64,000 nucleotides of DNA from a virus (taxonomy: Duplodnaviria; Caudoviricetes): the IMG/VR virus record IMGVR_UViG_2898902220_000006, positions 20,854-84,853 of that record. One strand, written 5' to 3'. A program made the translations under genes and the position numbers. Under the pieces are notes generated by a model that was not told the DNA's origin, ran no database searches, and saw only the letters and a program-made list of their open reading frames with translations. This document shows positions 28,412 through 38,412 of the stretch, piece after piece; positions within the stretch are counted from its first letter, which is position 1, and each line of letters opens with the position of its first letter.

Positions 28412-28759
28412 ATGGGATTGTTTGATGAAGTAAGAGCTGTACAAAAGCCGAATTTCAAGCGTAGAACGAAAAAACGTGTAGCCCGGGGAAGAATTTCCCC
28501 GGAGGTCTATGACGAAGTGATGAAGCGAGATAACGGGCGTTGTGTGCTATGTGGCAAGACTACATGGTTACAAGCACACCACATCATTTTTAGAAGCGAG
28601 GGAGGCACTGGAGAGGCCGATAACCTTGCCTTAGCTTGCGGGCCATCTACTCAAACAGGCACGTGCCATTGGAAGGCTCATCACACGAAGGAAGGTCGGC
28701 AAGCGTTTCGGGATTATCGAGAGAATGTATTGCTTCCATTGTATCAAGGAGCATCGTAA
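28412..28759 (+). CDS. HNH endonuclease (start probably 28412)
   Basis: RD.GRCVLCG...QAHHII.RSEGG...DNL...C...CH. Confidence 0.85.
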   Translation: MGLFDEVRAVQKPNFKRRTKKRVARGRISPEVYDEVMKRDNGRCVLCGKTTWLQAHHIIFRSEGGTGEADNLALACGPSTQTGTCHWKAHHTKEGRQAFRDYRENVLLPLYQGAS

Positions 28760-28778
28760 CAAGAGGGGAGCGCGAAGG

Positions 28779-29846
28779 ATGGACACAACAGATAAATACG
28801 GGGCGGGCTTCGTGGTCATCCCCCGTATAACCTTTGAACATTTTATAGATGAGGTACTTTATAACTACCTGATGAAGGGTGCGAATTACAAGGCATCTAG
28901 CGAGTGCCAGAGAGGACAAATGATTGTGTCGGTTAGGAAATTACCCGAAGTAATGGGATGGACTTACCAGCAGATCAGGACTTCACTAGACAGATTATCA
29001 AGCAACCATCTAATCAAAATGGAGCAGATAAAATACAAAGGCAACAAAGCTTCACTAATCACAATTGTAAATTATGACGGGTTTCAGCAGCTAGAAAACT
29101 ACTCAAAAATTAACGCACCGAACAACGCACCGAACAACGCAAGTGCTAACGCACCTGATAACGCACCTAACGAACCTGAAAACGACGTTGTACCAAGCGT
29201 TTCGAGTGATGGAGAAGATGCGAACAACGCACCGAACAACGCAGGTACAAACGCACCGAACAGCGCACCGAACAACGCTAATAGAACATCAGTTAAACAA
29301 CAAGATAAACAACAAGTAAAACATATAAAAGAATCTTGTCGGAGTCGTGAAGACATTACCTCTTTTGTTGACTCGCAACAGCTCCTCAACCGGATTGAAT
29401 TACCTAATCGTTTGTTTGTTGAATACTTCGATCTAGTGAGACTTCAAAGAAAATCAGGAAAGATAGCAAACAGCGTTCTTGAAGGACTGTGGGGCAGGCT
29501 AGTTAAACAGGCTGCTAATGCAAAACAATCAGCAGAAGCAAATCAGGCCATCGTCACCTATGCGCTATCTACATACATCGTGGACTACGGTCATAAGCCT
29601 GCTGAGTATGCATTCGGTATCATTCGCAATACAAGCGAGCCTGAAGCAAGACAGGGGCTTATCAGATTGCAGAACATGAAAGAAGACAAATCCTCTAGAG
29701 GTGATAAACATGATCCAAGCAGGGGCGGGGCTAGAAGAAAAGTTCCGGGAGTTGCAAAGAAAAATGGCGATCAATTCGCCCACCTCAACATCAATTCAGT
29801 ACCAGTGCTTAACGTGCAAGGATTTAGGTGGGAAGATGTCCAGTGA
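28779..29846 (+). CDS. Phage replication initiator with internal Asn-Ala-Pro repeats (start probably 28779)
   Basis: N-terminal winged-helix-like RGQ..VS.R.L...GW...IR..L..L; precedes the DnaC-like loader. Confidence 0.8.
   Translation: MDTTDKYGAGFVVIPRITFEHFIDEVLYNYLMKGANYKASSECQRGQMIVSVRKLPEVMGWTYQQIRTSLDRLSSNHLIKMEQIKYKGNKASLITIVNYDGFQQLENYSKINAPNNAPNNASANAPDNAPNEPENDVVPSVSSDGEDANNAPNNAGTNAPNSAPNNANRTSVKQQDKQQVKHIKESCRSREDITSFVDSQQLLNRIELPNRLFVEYFDLVRLQRKSGKIANSVLEGLWGRLVKQAANAKQSAEANQAIVTYALSTYIVDYGHKPAEYAFGIIRNTSEPEARQGLIRLQNMKEDKSSRGDKHDPSRGGARRKVPGVAKKNGDQFAHLNINSVPVLNVQGFRWEDVQ
29112..29280 (+). repeat. Two clusters of 12-bp AACGCACCGAAC-type repeats (probable origin iterons)
   Basis: Tandem exact and degenerate copies at 29112-29170 and 29222-29280. 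Confidence 0.8.
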
Positions 29847-30525
29847 TGAATATGATTACAAGGGCAAGAAAATCAAGTATGAGATTTGGCAAGAATGCGA
29901 GTGCAGAGAACTCAAGAGGATTGAACGTATGTTTCAGTCCAGTCATATCACAGAGGGATTCCGAAAAATGGGATTCAAAAGTTTTATTTGCGACAACAGA
30001 CCACCAGTCATTCAGCAAGCTTTTGATATTGCAGCCGCATACTTCAAAAATTTTGAACAGATACGAAAAGAGGAACGAAATAGTATAGCTCTTCTAGGGA
30101 GACCAGGTTCAGGGAAAACGCACCTACTAATGGCAATATCAAACAACCTAATTAAAAGAGGTGTACCAGTTTTTTACTTCCCATGGGTTGAGGGTCTTAA
30201 CGAGTTGAAGGATGACTTTGACCAGTTGAATGCAAAAGTTAGAAGGTTACAAACGGTTGAAGTATTGTTTCTGGATGATCTGTTCAAAGCAAGAGCAAAC
30301 CCTACTGATTTTCAACTAGAGCAGCTATTCGCCATCGTCAATTACCGGTATTTAAATAATCTACCGATCTTAGTTTCGTCAGAAAGAACATTCAAGGAGA
30401 TGTGCATTATTGATGAGGGAACAGGGTCTCGGCTATACAAAATGACAAAAGATTATCGAGTTACATTCGAAGGCGAAGGATTGAACTACAGATTAAAAGA
30501 TGTGGAGGGATATACACATGTTTAA
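29710..30525 (+). CDS. DnaC/IstB-like helicase-loader ATPase
   Basis: C..C.D.G zinc motif, GRPGSGKTHL Walker A, LFLDDL, RY.NNLP..VSSE. Confidence 0.9.
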   Translation: MIQAGAGLEEKFRELQRKMAINSPTSTSIQYQCLTCKDLGGKMSSDEYDYKGKKIKYEIWQECECRELKRIERMFQSSHITEGFRKMGFKSFICDNRPPVIQQAFDIAAAYFKNFEQIRKEERNSIALLGRPGSGKTHLLMAISNNLIKRGVPVFYFPWVEGLNELKDDFDQLNAKVRRLQTVEVLFLDDLFKARANPTDFQLEQLFAIVNYRYLNNLPILVSSERTFKEMCIIDEGTGSRLYKMTKDYRVTFEGEGLNYRLKDVEGYTHV

Positions 30526-30787
30526 ACGACTAACACAAGATGAGCTTAGTCAAATACGTACAGACATTTTCCAAGGGCGTCCAGACAGAGTGACAACACA
30601 CGATCTACAACGCCTAGTAAACGAACGAGATGCGTTTGAGTTCATGGTGAAACAGCAGGAGGCAGGACAACAACGAATCAATGAGTTTTTAACAGTTCTA
30701 GAGATTCAAAGCCAGCAAGAAGAAGAAATCAAGGCGCTTAAACAACGATTAGAAAAATATGAGCCAACACTAAATCAAGCTGTCTAG
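30518..30787 (+). CDS. Hypothetical phage protein
   Basis: RBS GGAGGG; in operon. Confidence 0.6.
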   Translation: MFKRLTQDELSQIRTDIFQGRPDRVTTHDLQRLVNERDAFEFMVKQQEAGQQRINEFLTVLEIQSQQEEEIKALKQRLEKYEPTLNQAV

Positions 30788-30799
30788 GAGGAATCGAGC

Positions 30800-31606
30800 A
30801 TGAATCAATTACAAGTAATCGAACAGCGTGAGGTATTAGGCAAAGGATTCACCGTTTACGGAGACTTGGACCAGCCTTTATTTTTGGCAAAGGACGTTGC
30901 AGGATGGATCGAACATAGTAATCCTAGATCAATGCTACGTACAGTTGACGAGAGTGAAAAAGCGAAAATCTCCTACCCTGTAAACAATCCTTACGGCGGG
31001 TACCAGGAGGAAGAACAGTGGTTTCTCACGGAAGATGGGGTTTACGAAGTCTTAATGCAAAGTCGTAAGCCAATTGCTAAACAGTTCAAGAAACAAGTAA
31101 AAGAAATTCTAAAGTCTATCCGCAAACACGGTATGTATGCCAAGGACGAGATTTTAGACAATCCTGACTTGTTGCTGGATGTAGTCACTAAACTCAAAGA
31201 TGAACGGGATAAGCGTTTAACAGCCGAAATGAAAGCATTGACCTTGGAACAACAAGTAGCAGAGTACGAACCAAAAATTACGTATCTGGACCAGATTCTA
31301 CAAAGCAAGGATGCTGTAACCATTACGCAAATCGCAAAGGATTACGGCATGACTGGAACAGAGCTTAACCGTTTACTTAACGAAGAAGGCATACAGTACA
31401 AACAGAACGATCAATGGCTCTTATATCGCAAGTATCAAAGCGAAGGCTATACAAAGTCTATGACCCTAACCATTCCACGATCAGACGGCTCACAAATGGT
31501 CAAAATGAATACTCGCTGGACCCAAAAAGGACGGCTATTCATTCATGAACTACTGAAGAAACGAAACATTACCGCAATAATTGATCGGAAAGACATCGGG
31601 GCATAG
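30800..31606 (+). CDS. Phage antirepressor (BRO-N plus ANT/KilAC domains)
   Basis: PLFLAKDVA.WIEHSN; FLTEDGVYEVLMQSRKPIAKQFK; T..I.KDYG; WT.KGR.FI. Confidence 0.92.
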   Translation: MNQLQVIEQREVLGKGFTVYGDLDQPLFLAKDVAGWIEHSNPRSMLRTVDESEKAKISYPVNNPYGGYQEEEQWFLTEDGVYEVLMQSRKPIAKQFKKQVKEILKSIRKHGMYAKDEILDNPDLLLDVVTKLKDERDKRLTAEMKALTLEQQVAEYEPKITYLDQILQSKDAVTITQIAKDYGMTGTELNRLLNEEGIQYKQNDQWLLYRKYQSEGYTKSMTLTIPRSDGSQMVKMNTRWTQKGRLFIHELLKKRNITAIIDRKDIGA

Positions 31607-31617
31607 GAGAAGATCAG

Positions 31618-31827
31618 ATGAACAACGACAAAGCAGTATTAGCCTTACAAATTAACTACTTTAAAAAATACGTACATGAGTTAGAAGAGGATATCAAAAA
31701 CGTGCAGTATGACTACTCTAAAAGAATTCTGGAGGGCAGTCTCAAAGACTATCAGAAGGGCTTGGCAGAGGTTCAAGCTAGATGGGAGGCACTAGATGCG
31801 AGAGATAAAGTTCCGTGCTTGGGATGA
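31618..31827 (+). CDS. Small hypothetical protein
   Basis: RBS AGGAG; overlaps the YopX start. Confidence 0.6.
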   Translation: MNNDKAVLALQINYFKKYVHELEEDIKNVQYDYSKRILEGSLKDYQKGLAEVQARWEALDARDKVPCLG

Positions 31828-32176
31828 CGTAAGTAAAGTAATGTCATTTAGTAATTTCGAACAGTTCGATGACATGATGGGGTTCCGATTTTCTCACTTT
31901 GAAACAGTGAAACCTATTTACATGCAGTGTACTGGGATTCGTGATAAAAACGGCAAGGAGATTTACGAGGGGGATTTTGTACGAGTACTTATACAAGGTG
32001 GTTACAGTCAACATTTTATCGATCAAGAAGTAGTGACATCAGTCATGTACATTCCGAGTAAAGCTCACTATAAACCGTTTGATCAATGCAGAATATGGAT
32101 GGAAGACGGGAAATTGCCGAAAGTGGAAGTCATCGGTAACATTTACGAGCATCCACATCTGTTAAATCAAGAGTGA
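31796..32176 (+). CDS. YopX-family protein (copy 1)
   Basis: MREIKFRAWD; MQ.TG..DKNGKEIYEGD; EVIGNIYE.P.LL. Confidence 0.92.
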   Translation: MREIKFRAWDDVSKVMSFSNFEQFDDMMGFRFSHFETVKPIYMQCTGIRDKNGKEIYEGDFVRVLIQGGYSQHFIDQEVVTSVMYIPSKAHYKPFDQCRIWMEDGKLPKVEVIGNIYEHPHLLNQE

Positions 32177-32542
32177 GCAAACGGAGGGAGAGCATGAACG
32201 AACACAAGCTTGACCAGAGCAAAAGCCATAAGAAGGGCAAACCATTTATTCATGTACCAAGACATATAAGCGAATGGGCAAAGAACAGCAGTACAAACGC
32301 CACAGTAAACAACTACAAAATAGGCGGCGGTAGAGCATCCAATAAATAAAAAAATAGGGGAGCGATCTCAGATGAATACACAGGACAATCAAAAAGTTCA
32401 ACAATCATTGAACAAAAAGCAGCTGGATTGGCAGAAACAAGTCATTCGTGAGGAGATGGGTACCGATGTCAAATAGCTACGGCTTTACATGGGTTGAAGT
32501 TGATGAGGGGCAAGCGCTGAGAGAGTGGTCGGACAGCAAGAA

Positions 32543-32755
32543 TTACCCTCCAGACAAGGGATAAGCTTCACCAGCTCTTCCAAACAACAAATGCACGACA
32601 TGATACTGCCGCACTGGTAGATCAGGAAAAACAAACCTAACGTTATCGCTGTTTCGGATAGCTTCTACATCAAACACTATGCCGTGTCGTCGAAACTTTC
32701 TAACTAACCTAGCAGATCGGCTACACGGCACTAGATAATAAAACGATTTTTGCAT
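32543..32755 (-). CDS. Small protein on the opposite strand within the early operon
   Basis: RBS AAAGGAG upstream; sensible composition. Confidence 0.6.
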   Translation of the reverse strand: MQKSFYYLVPCSRSARLVRKFRRHGIVFDVEAIRNSDNVRFVFPDLPVRQYHVVHLLFGRAGEAYPLSGG

Positions 32756-32817
32756 GATATCAACTCCTTTTGATAGAGCGTAACACTAGCATTTGGGACA
32801 AAAATAGGAGGTACAAG

Positions 32818-33234
32818 ATGCGAGAAGTAAAGTTCAGAATTTGGGATAAAGCAAATGAAATCATCATTCAAGACGACGGGCATTTTTATATTACAGCAGA
32901 TGGAGATGTAATTGGTGTAAACGATGATTTAGATATTTCAGAGAGTGTTATCCTCATGCAATACACCGGACTCAAAGACCGCAACGCTAAGGAAATATAC
33001 GAAGGGGATATTTTCCAAACAGGCAACTATCCACTAACTAAAGAAGATGATTACGTGGGTGTAGTTGAATATGACCATGATAGATTTTGGGGCGTAAAGA
33101 GAGTTAAAGCTGGCTCAGATGTACGAGGTATTTCAGACGGTATGGCAGATGGTCTTTGGGAGTTTATAGATGAATCAATTGAAGTCATCGGCAATATCTA
33201 CGAACGTCCAGAGTTACTGGAGGAAGCACGATGA
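32818..33234 (+). CDS. YopX-family protein (copy 2; start probably 32818)
   Basis: MREVKFRIWD; MQYTGLKD.N.KEIYEGD; EVIGNIYE.PELL. Confidence 0.92.
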   Translation: MREVKFRIWDKANEIIIQDDGHFYITADGDVIGVNDDLDISESVILMQYTGLKDRNAKEIYEGDIFQTGNYPLTKEDDYVGVVEYDHDRFWGVKRVKAGSDVRGISDGMADGLWEFIDESIEVIGNIYERPELLEEAR

Positions 33235-33291
33235 CCGAACAGCAGATCACTTGGGACAAAAAGATATGTTAAATGGTCAGCAACGAGAGAG

Positions 33292-34308
33292 GTGAACGAA
33301 GTGATAAAAATACTTGAATTATTCGGAGGAATTGGAGCACCAAGGAAGGCGCTCGTTAACTTAGGAATCGATCATAAAGCAATTGATTATGTGGAATGGC
33401 AAGCGAACAGAGTAAAGGCATATAACGCTCTTTATGACCATCTACACAAACCACAAGATGTTAAAGGATGGAATTTAAAGCCTGACATTCTAGTTCATGG
33501 GTCACCTTGTCAAGATAACAGTAGAGCAAATAAAAAACGTAAAGGTACTGCTAAAGATTCACGTTCGCAATTGTTGCTTGAAACGTTGCGGATAATCAAA
33601 GAAATGGGTGAATGGCGACCGAAAGTTGTTATTTGGGAGAACGTGAAAGGTGTACTTGATCGTAATGTAGTGCCAGTTTTTAATTATTATCTTCAAGAAA
33701 TGAAAATGTTAGGTTATACAAACACCTTTGATGTATTGGATGCTAGAAATTTCGGTATTCCCCATGCGAGAGAAAGAGTGTTTTGTATCTCATTATTAGG
33801 AAACGAAACATTTGATTTTAGTAAGCTGCGGTATAAACCAATGAAGAACATTAAAGAGTTTTTAGAGTATGAACCAGATGATGAGATTCCATCACAATAC
33901 TTAATTAATATTCCATCGATGTTAAGTAAAATTAAAGAATTTAATCCAAGGGTAAGTGGGAGTTATAAACGACAGTTAGATGTTATTAATGATTATTGTT
34001 ATACGATTACCGAAAGACAAGATAGATGCCCAAACGCTGGAATTATTCGACTAAACAAACCGCAATATCGTTATTTAACAGAGCGTGAGTGTTGGCGATT
34101 ACTAGGTTTTGATGATGAAGATTATGAGCTTATGTTAAAAGAATTTCCAAGTAAGAATGGGAAGCGTAATGCAACTCTTTATGCTCTAGCTGGAAATAGC
34201 ATTGTAGTTGATGTGCTAGAAGCAATTTTTGAAGTGTTGCTGACAGGAAACCACGAGCAAATAGAAATCAATACTAACAGATCCGGTCAACTGGAGTTGG
34301 TTTGTTAA
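33292..34308 (+). CDS. C5 cytosine DNA methyltransferase (orphan)
   Basis: Motif I LELFGGIG, motif IV GSPCQ, motif VI WENVKG, motif VIII P..RERVF, motif X Y..AGNSIVV. Confidence 0.95.
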   Translation: MNEVIKILELFGGIGAPRKALVNLGIDHKAIDYVEWQANRVKAYNALYDHLHKPQDVKGWNLKPDILVHGSPCQDNSRANKKRKGTAKDSRSQLLLETLRIIKEMGEWRPKVVIWENVKGVLDRNVVPVFNYYLQEMKMLGYTNTFDVLDARNFGIPHARERVFCISLLGNETFDFSKLRYKPMKNIKEFLEYEPDDEIPSQYLINIPSMLSKIKEFNPRVSGSYKRQLDVINDYCYTITERQDRCPNAGIIRLNKPQYRYLTERECWRLLGFDDEDYELMLKEFPSKNGKRNATLYALAGNSIVVDVLEAIFEVLLTGNHEQIEINTNRSGQLELVC

Positions 34309-34342
34309 GCTATTCAACACATTAAGTAGGGAGGAATGAACG

Positions 34343-34735
34343 GTGCTGAAACTAAACAAGCAGCAACGCATTGAGATAGTAAATAGGATCATCAAGGAAA
34401 TATCACAAAGAGGACGTGGATTCTTTTATTCCAAGGATAAGGAGCGTACGGCTTACTTTGTTCAAGGCGAACGTACTTTGTGGTTTATAGACGAATACAC
34501 AGGAATTCCTATCAAGATGGTAAAAGGACAAATGTACAACGATAGAGGATTTTCTCATGGCGGTACATTGTGGGGGTTAGTCAATGACTTTAAAGATTTT
34601 ATTAATGGCGATGATGATGCTAACCACAACAATGGTTATGGCGGTCTGTATTGTCCGCATTGGGGCTATCCAGAAGAAGATATGGAAGCCATACAAAAAT
34701 ATGCAATTGAATTAGGATATTTGAAATCAACTTAA
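34343..34735 (+). CDS. Conserved hypothetical phage protein
   Basis: RBS GGGAGG; FSHGGTL and HWGY motifs. Confidence 0.7.
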   Translation: MLKLNKQQRIEIVNRIIKEISQRGRGFFYSKDKERTAYFVQGERTLWFIDEYTGIPIKMVKGQMYNDRGFSHGGTLWGLVNDFKDFINGDDDANHNNGYGGLYCPHWGYPEEDMEAIQKYAIELGYLKST

Positions 34736-34759
34736 CACAATAGTTAGGGAGGAAGCACA

Positions 34760-35107
34760 ATGACCGAACAACAGATCATTGTAACACTGGCAACTAAGGT
34801 GATGGGGTGGAAAAGGTATCAAGAAACAGACTTTTGGTTTGGCTATAATGGTAATTTGTTTAATTCTAGTCTTTGGAATCCACTCCAAAATATAGCTGAT
34901 GCGTGGATGATCATGGAGGAAATGCGAAAACGACAGTATTATCTAGTGATTTCACCTTGTTTCATTGGGTATGAAGTTTATCCACAAAGAGTAAACGGAT
35001 CAAGAATATGTGAGGAAGTTTATGCGAAAACAGTACAAGAAGCCATCTGCAACGCTGCTATGCGGTTGGTTGGAAAGGAGAAGCATGATGGCGAGACAGC
35101 GAAATGA
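34760..35107 (+). CDS. Phage protein resembling the ABA-sandwich / BC1872 family
   Basis: ATKVMGW...W.P..NIADAW.I.E...AIC.AA pattern. Confidence 0.6.
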   Translation: MTEQQIIVTLATKVMGWKRYQETDFWFGYNGNLFNSSLWNPLQNIADAWMIMEEMRKRQYYLVISPCFIGYEVYPQRVNGSRICEEVYAKTVQEAICNAAMRLVGKEKHDGETAK

Positions 35108-37381
35108 GATGAAAGAAGCTTTAGGATTCTTGGCTATATTGGCTGGAGTTGGACTGCTTTCATTGGTTGGGTTGATTATATACGGTATTTATTGGGCGGT
35201 GACAGGATGAGGAAGCTTATGTGCTACTTTTTCGGACACAAGCTCTTTGATCGCAAAGGGATAATGCACGCTTATTGCCTGCGATGCGACAGGTAACACA
35301 ACATACGATTTGTTTAATGGGGTGATGAAGTGGAAGATCATAAAGCTGGCTTCAAGGTAATATGTCTGGCATGCGGTAGCGAAGTGATCATCACCAACGA
35401 TTACAAACGAGATTGTCCAATTGAAATATATACACGCCATGATGACAGTTGGACGGGATGCTCAAGCATTGAAGTAAATATTGATTGTAAGTGCGGTCAA
35501 ATGATCGAGTTCAGAACGTGGTGATTAGACGTAAAAAATTGATAAATAGGAGGGTAATGAAATGGATATAAATGACCTGTTCGTTAAGGTTGTTGATAAC
35601 GGTCATTCAATAATTGCTCAGAAAGGGAACCAACGGCATGTATATACGAGGGAATATCTAACAAAATGCTGGCTGACTATGAGTAATGATTGCTTTTTTA
35701 ACATGTTTGGCTTTAATTGGGTTCCACCAACCAGTTTACAAGATCGGGTAAGAAAAACGCTTTGATAAGGAGTGAAAGCGACATGCCGAAAACGTTTGAA
35801 ATCGAATGTAATGGGGAAGCGACGGAGCATGAAGTTGGGGCAACAGAGTGCCCTGGTTGTTTCAAAAAACCAGAACCATGCGAGTGTGGAGGATTGGTAC
35901 ATTGTCAATTTATAGATTACGTCGAAAGTGGCACAGCAGTGATTTATCAGTGTGACAAGTGTGGGGAAATATCATAACAAACCATCACTTGTGATAAGGG
36001 AGGAATAAATCATGAAACAAGAAGTGTACGAGAAAAAATTGGTTGATCTAATGAATGATTTACAAGTGGTTAAAACTAACGCAGGTCGCGAAGCTATTAA
36101 TGCTCATATTAATCAGTTGAACGAAGTGATCATGAGAGAAAAGGGCTTATCGAGTGCATGCACTTGCGAAGAACATGAATGTTGTCCAGAATGTTCACCG
36201 GATGAGAACTGAACACAACGCATGATTTGTAAAAGAAGTTATCGCTCATTACAAGGTAACTCCTGTTAAAAAGAATGAGCCATTACTTGTGATAAGGGAG
36301 GATGCGGAATGAAGAACCGGCAACGTAAAAAGATTTTGAAGATAGTTGCTCGTCAGATTAACAGTGGTGATTTCACTAAGTTAAAACCAGTCTACTTCCG
36401 ATGCGTTGATAAAACAATTGACGACTACATCTATAACAAATACATTACGGAGTTTCAGCCGTGGTGGTACGACCAAATCGACAACTGGAGCAATATGAAT
36501 CTTGGAGAAGAGCATGGGAAGCACTACGATAAAACTATCGCAGAGCTACAAAATTGGACAGGTATTAACATGGAACAATACCGCCAGTATTTTGAACTCA
36601 ACGACAAATATGTTCCAAAAAGAAAGCGTGGTAAACGCAAGTCGAGAAAATCAAAGGAGCAACCAATCAGGAAACTGAAAAATCCTAAGGAGTACAAAAT
36701 CAGGGTTATCCAAGACGGTAAACCAGAATGGGAAAGTATTATTGCTGAACAAGCCTTTCAATACCGTGGTTGTGAGTTCTTTATTACTCATTATCATGGT
36801 TGGTGGGTAGTATCAGATGTTGCAGCAGGAATTCAAATTGCTCGCCATGACCGATATAAGAAGTCGATTCAACTTGCTAAGGAACGGATAGAGAATAATT
36901 TTGAAAAGTATGTCTCGCAGGTTACTAGCAGCTATTTGAAGGAGGATGCAGAATGATCGGTGGGATAGATATAACTCCTGATAAGTGGTACCACAAACTC
37001 TGGTTTTACCCATTAATAATTACTTTGTGTATTGGATGGGCAATATACGGTTTTATAGAATGTGCGGTTATATGGCTGAAACGAAAATTTGAAATACGGG
37101 GGAGTAAGCCAATGACCAAAACAACGCATGCAAGCAATTGGAAAAGATTCGCTACTGGAGTTAATTGGCGGAGCTGGTGCATTGGGTTACAAATACATGA
37201 TTTGAGAGACAGTTACGGCTACGTCATTACTGAGATCAATATATTGCCATTAACGTTTTTGCTGAGATTTGGTGACGGAACCAAAAAGCTGAAATGTAAA
37301 AAATGCAAAAAGGTACTAGATAGAGTGAATGTGGATGAAAGCGAAGAGGTTAAATGTTTGGACTGTTACAACAATTCATAA
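35088..37381 (+). CDS. Cluster of small accessory ORFs, several Cys-rich (e.g. 35330-35524, 35562-35765, about 35777-35977, 36012-36212, 36309-36956, 36953-37381)
   Basis: Each has an RBS; CxxC pairs in several; no family recognised. Confidence 0.55.
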
Positions 37382-37473
37382 GGAAATGAGCAATAAAAAA
37401 GCCCCCTCACCGGGAGCAACATGTGTTCGCTAAAACTATTATACCATGAGCAGATGGTGAGGGGGAATGGAAG

Positions 37474-37989
37474 ATGAACACAATGCAAGAACTTTTAAAA
37501 GAGTACAAAGAGACAAGAAAGAATTTGAAAAAAGCATACGCTGATCTAAGAGCAACAGAGACAGTACTTGATGATGTGACAGAAACAGAAAAAAACTACC
37601 TCTCTGAAATGATTAGCGATGTAGAGTATGTAATTGAATGGCTAGAGACAGGACGTAGACCAAAGAGTAAACGTGGGATTGAGAGAAGAGCAGCCTATCA
37701 ACGAGAAAAACTAGTAGATCCTATCAGAATGCAGGCGTTTGTTTTTAGAGGAACAGCAGGCAGTCCTTGCAACCTTACAGAGTGGGAGAAAGAACAACTA
37801 GAGGATGCGCTGTGTTGCCTGTCACCAAGAGAAAAAGAGTGCTATATCCTAACTCACGGTGAAGGATTTTCATTTGAGGAAACGGCTAGATTTTTGTGTA
37901 TTTCGAGAAGTAGTGTACAAACACTTGTAACGCGGGCACAAAATAAAATTGCAAATCGTGTAGTTTCAAGCCTATTCCTTGTTGGATAG
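37474..37989 (+). CDS. Sigma70 region-4-like late transcriptional activator
   Basis: WLETGRRP..KRGIERRAAYQRE; LSPREKECY....GEGFSFEETA.FL.IS.SSVQ..V.RA. Confidence 0.85.
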   Translation: MNTMQELLKEYKETRKNLKKAYADLRATETVLDDVTETEKNYLSEMISDVEYVIEWLETGRRPKSKRGIERRAAYQREKLVDPIRMQAFVFRGTAGSPCNLTEWEKEQLEDALCCLSPREKECYILTHGEGFSFEETARFLCISRSSVQTLVTRAQNKIANRVVSSLFLVG

Positions 37990-38061
37990 GCTTTTTTTGT
38001 CATGCAAAAGCCACCTATAAGCAGAAGGGTAAAACGAGATATTCGATAAAGGAGATGTAAA

Positions 38062-38400
38062 ATGAAAATTTCCCATGAACTAAACGGGATAACTTTGGAA
38101 GAAATGAAAGTAATGGGCGCTACTTTTGGAATTGGTTTAGCAATTTATTTGATGAAAGAAGACCACATTCGAGTAGCCCGTAAAGGATGGAACGGAAAAG
38201 ACATGTTCCTTGTTTATCAAAAAGGTTATCCAGATGGTATTCCAATTAACAATAACACAGCCGAGGCTACTGGATTAAAAGAAGGAACAGTTTGCAGGTT
38301 TCAACCGTACATCATGATGAAAACAGCAGATAATACATTTGTTCCATGGTTAGCGTCACAAACAGATTTGTTAGCTGAGGACTTCTATATTGTTGAATAG
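38062..38400 (+). CDS. DUF2829 / Tad2-like anti-defence sponge protein
   Basis: RVARKGWNGKDMF; QPYI.MKTAD...VPWLASQTDLLAED motif. Confidence 0.82.
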   Translation: MKISHELNGITLEEMKVMGATFGIGLAIYLMKEDHIRVARKGWNGKDMFLVYQKGYPDGIPINNNTAEATGLKEGTVCRFQPYIMMKTADNTFVPWLASQTDLLAEDFYIVE

Positions 38401-38412
38401 AGGAGGGATAAC

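Noticed and set aside
29112-29280. CRISPR array interpretation of the tandem repeats
   Set aside because: 12-bp in-frame repeats without unique spacers; no cas genes in the window.
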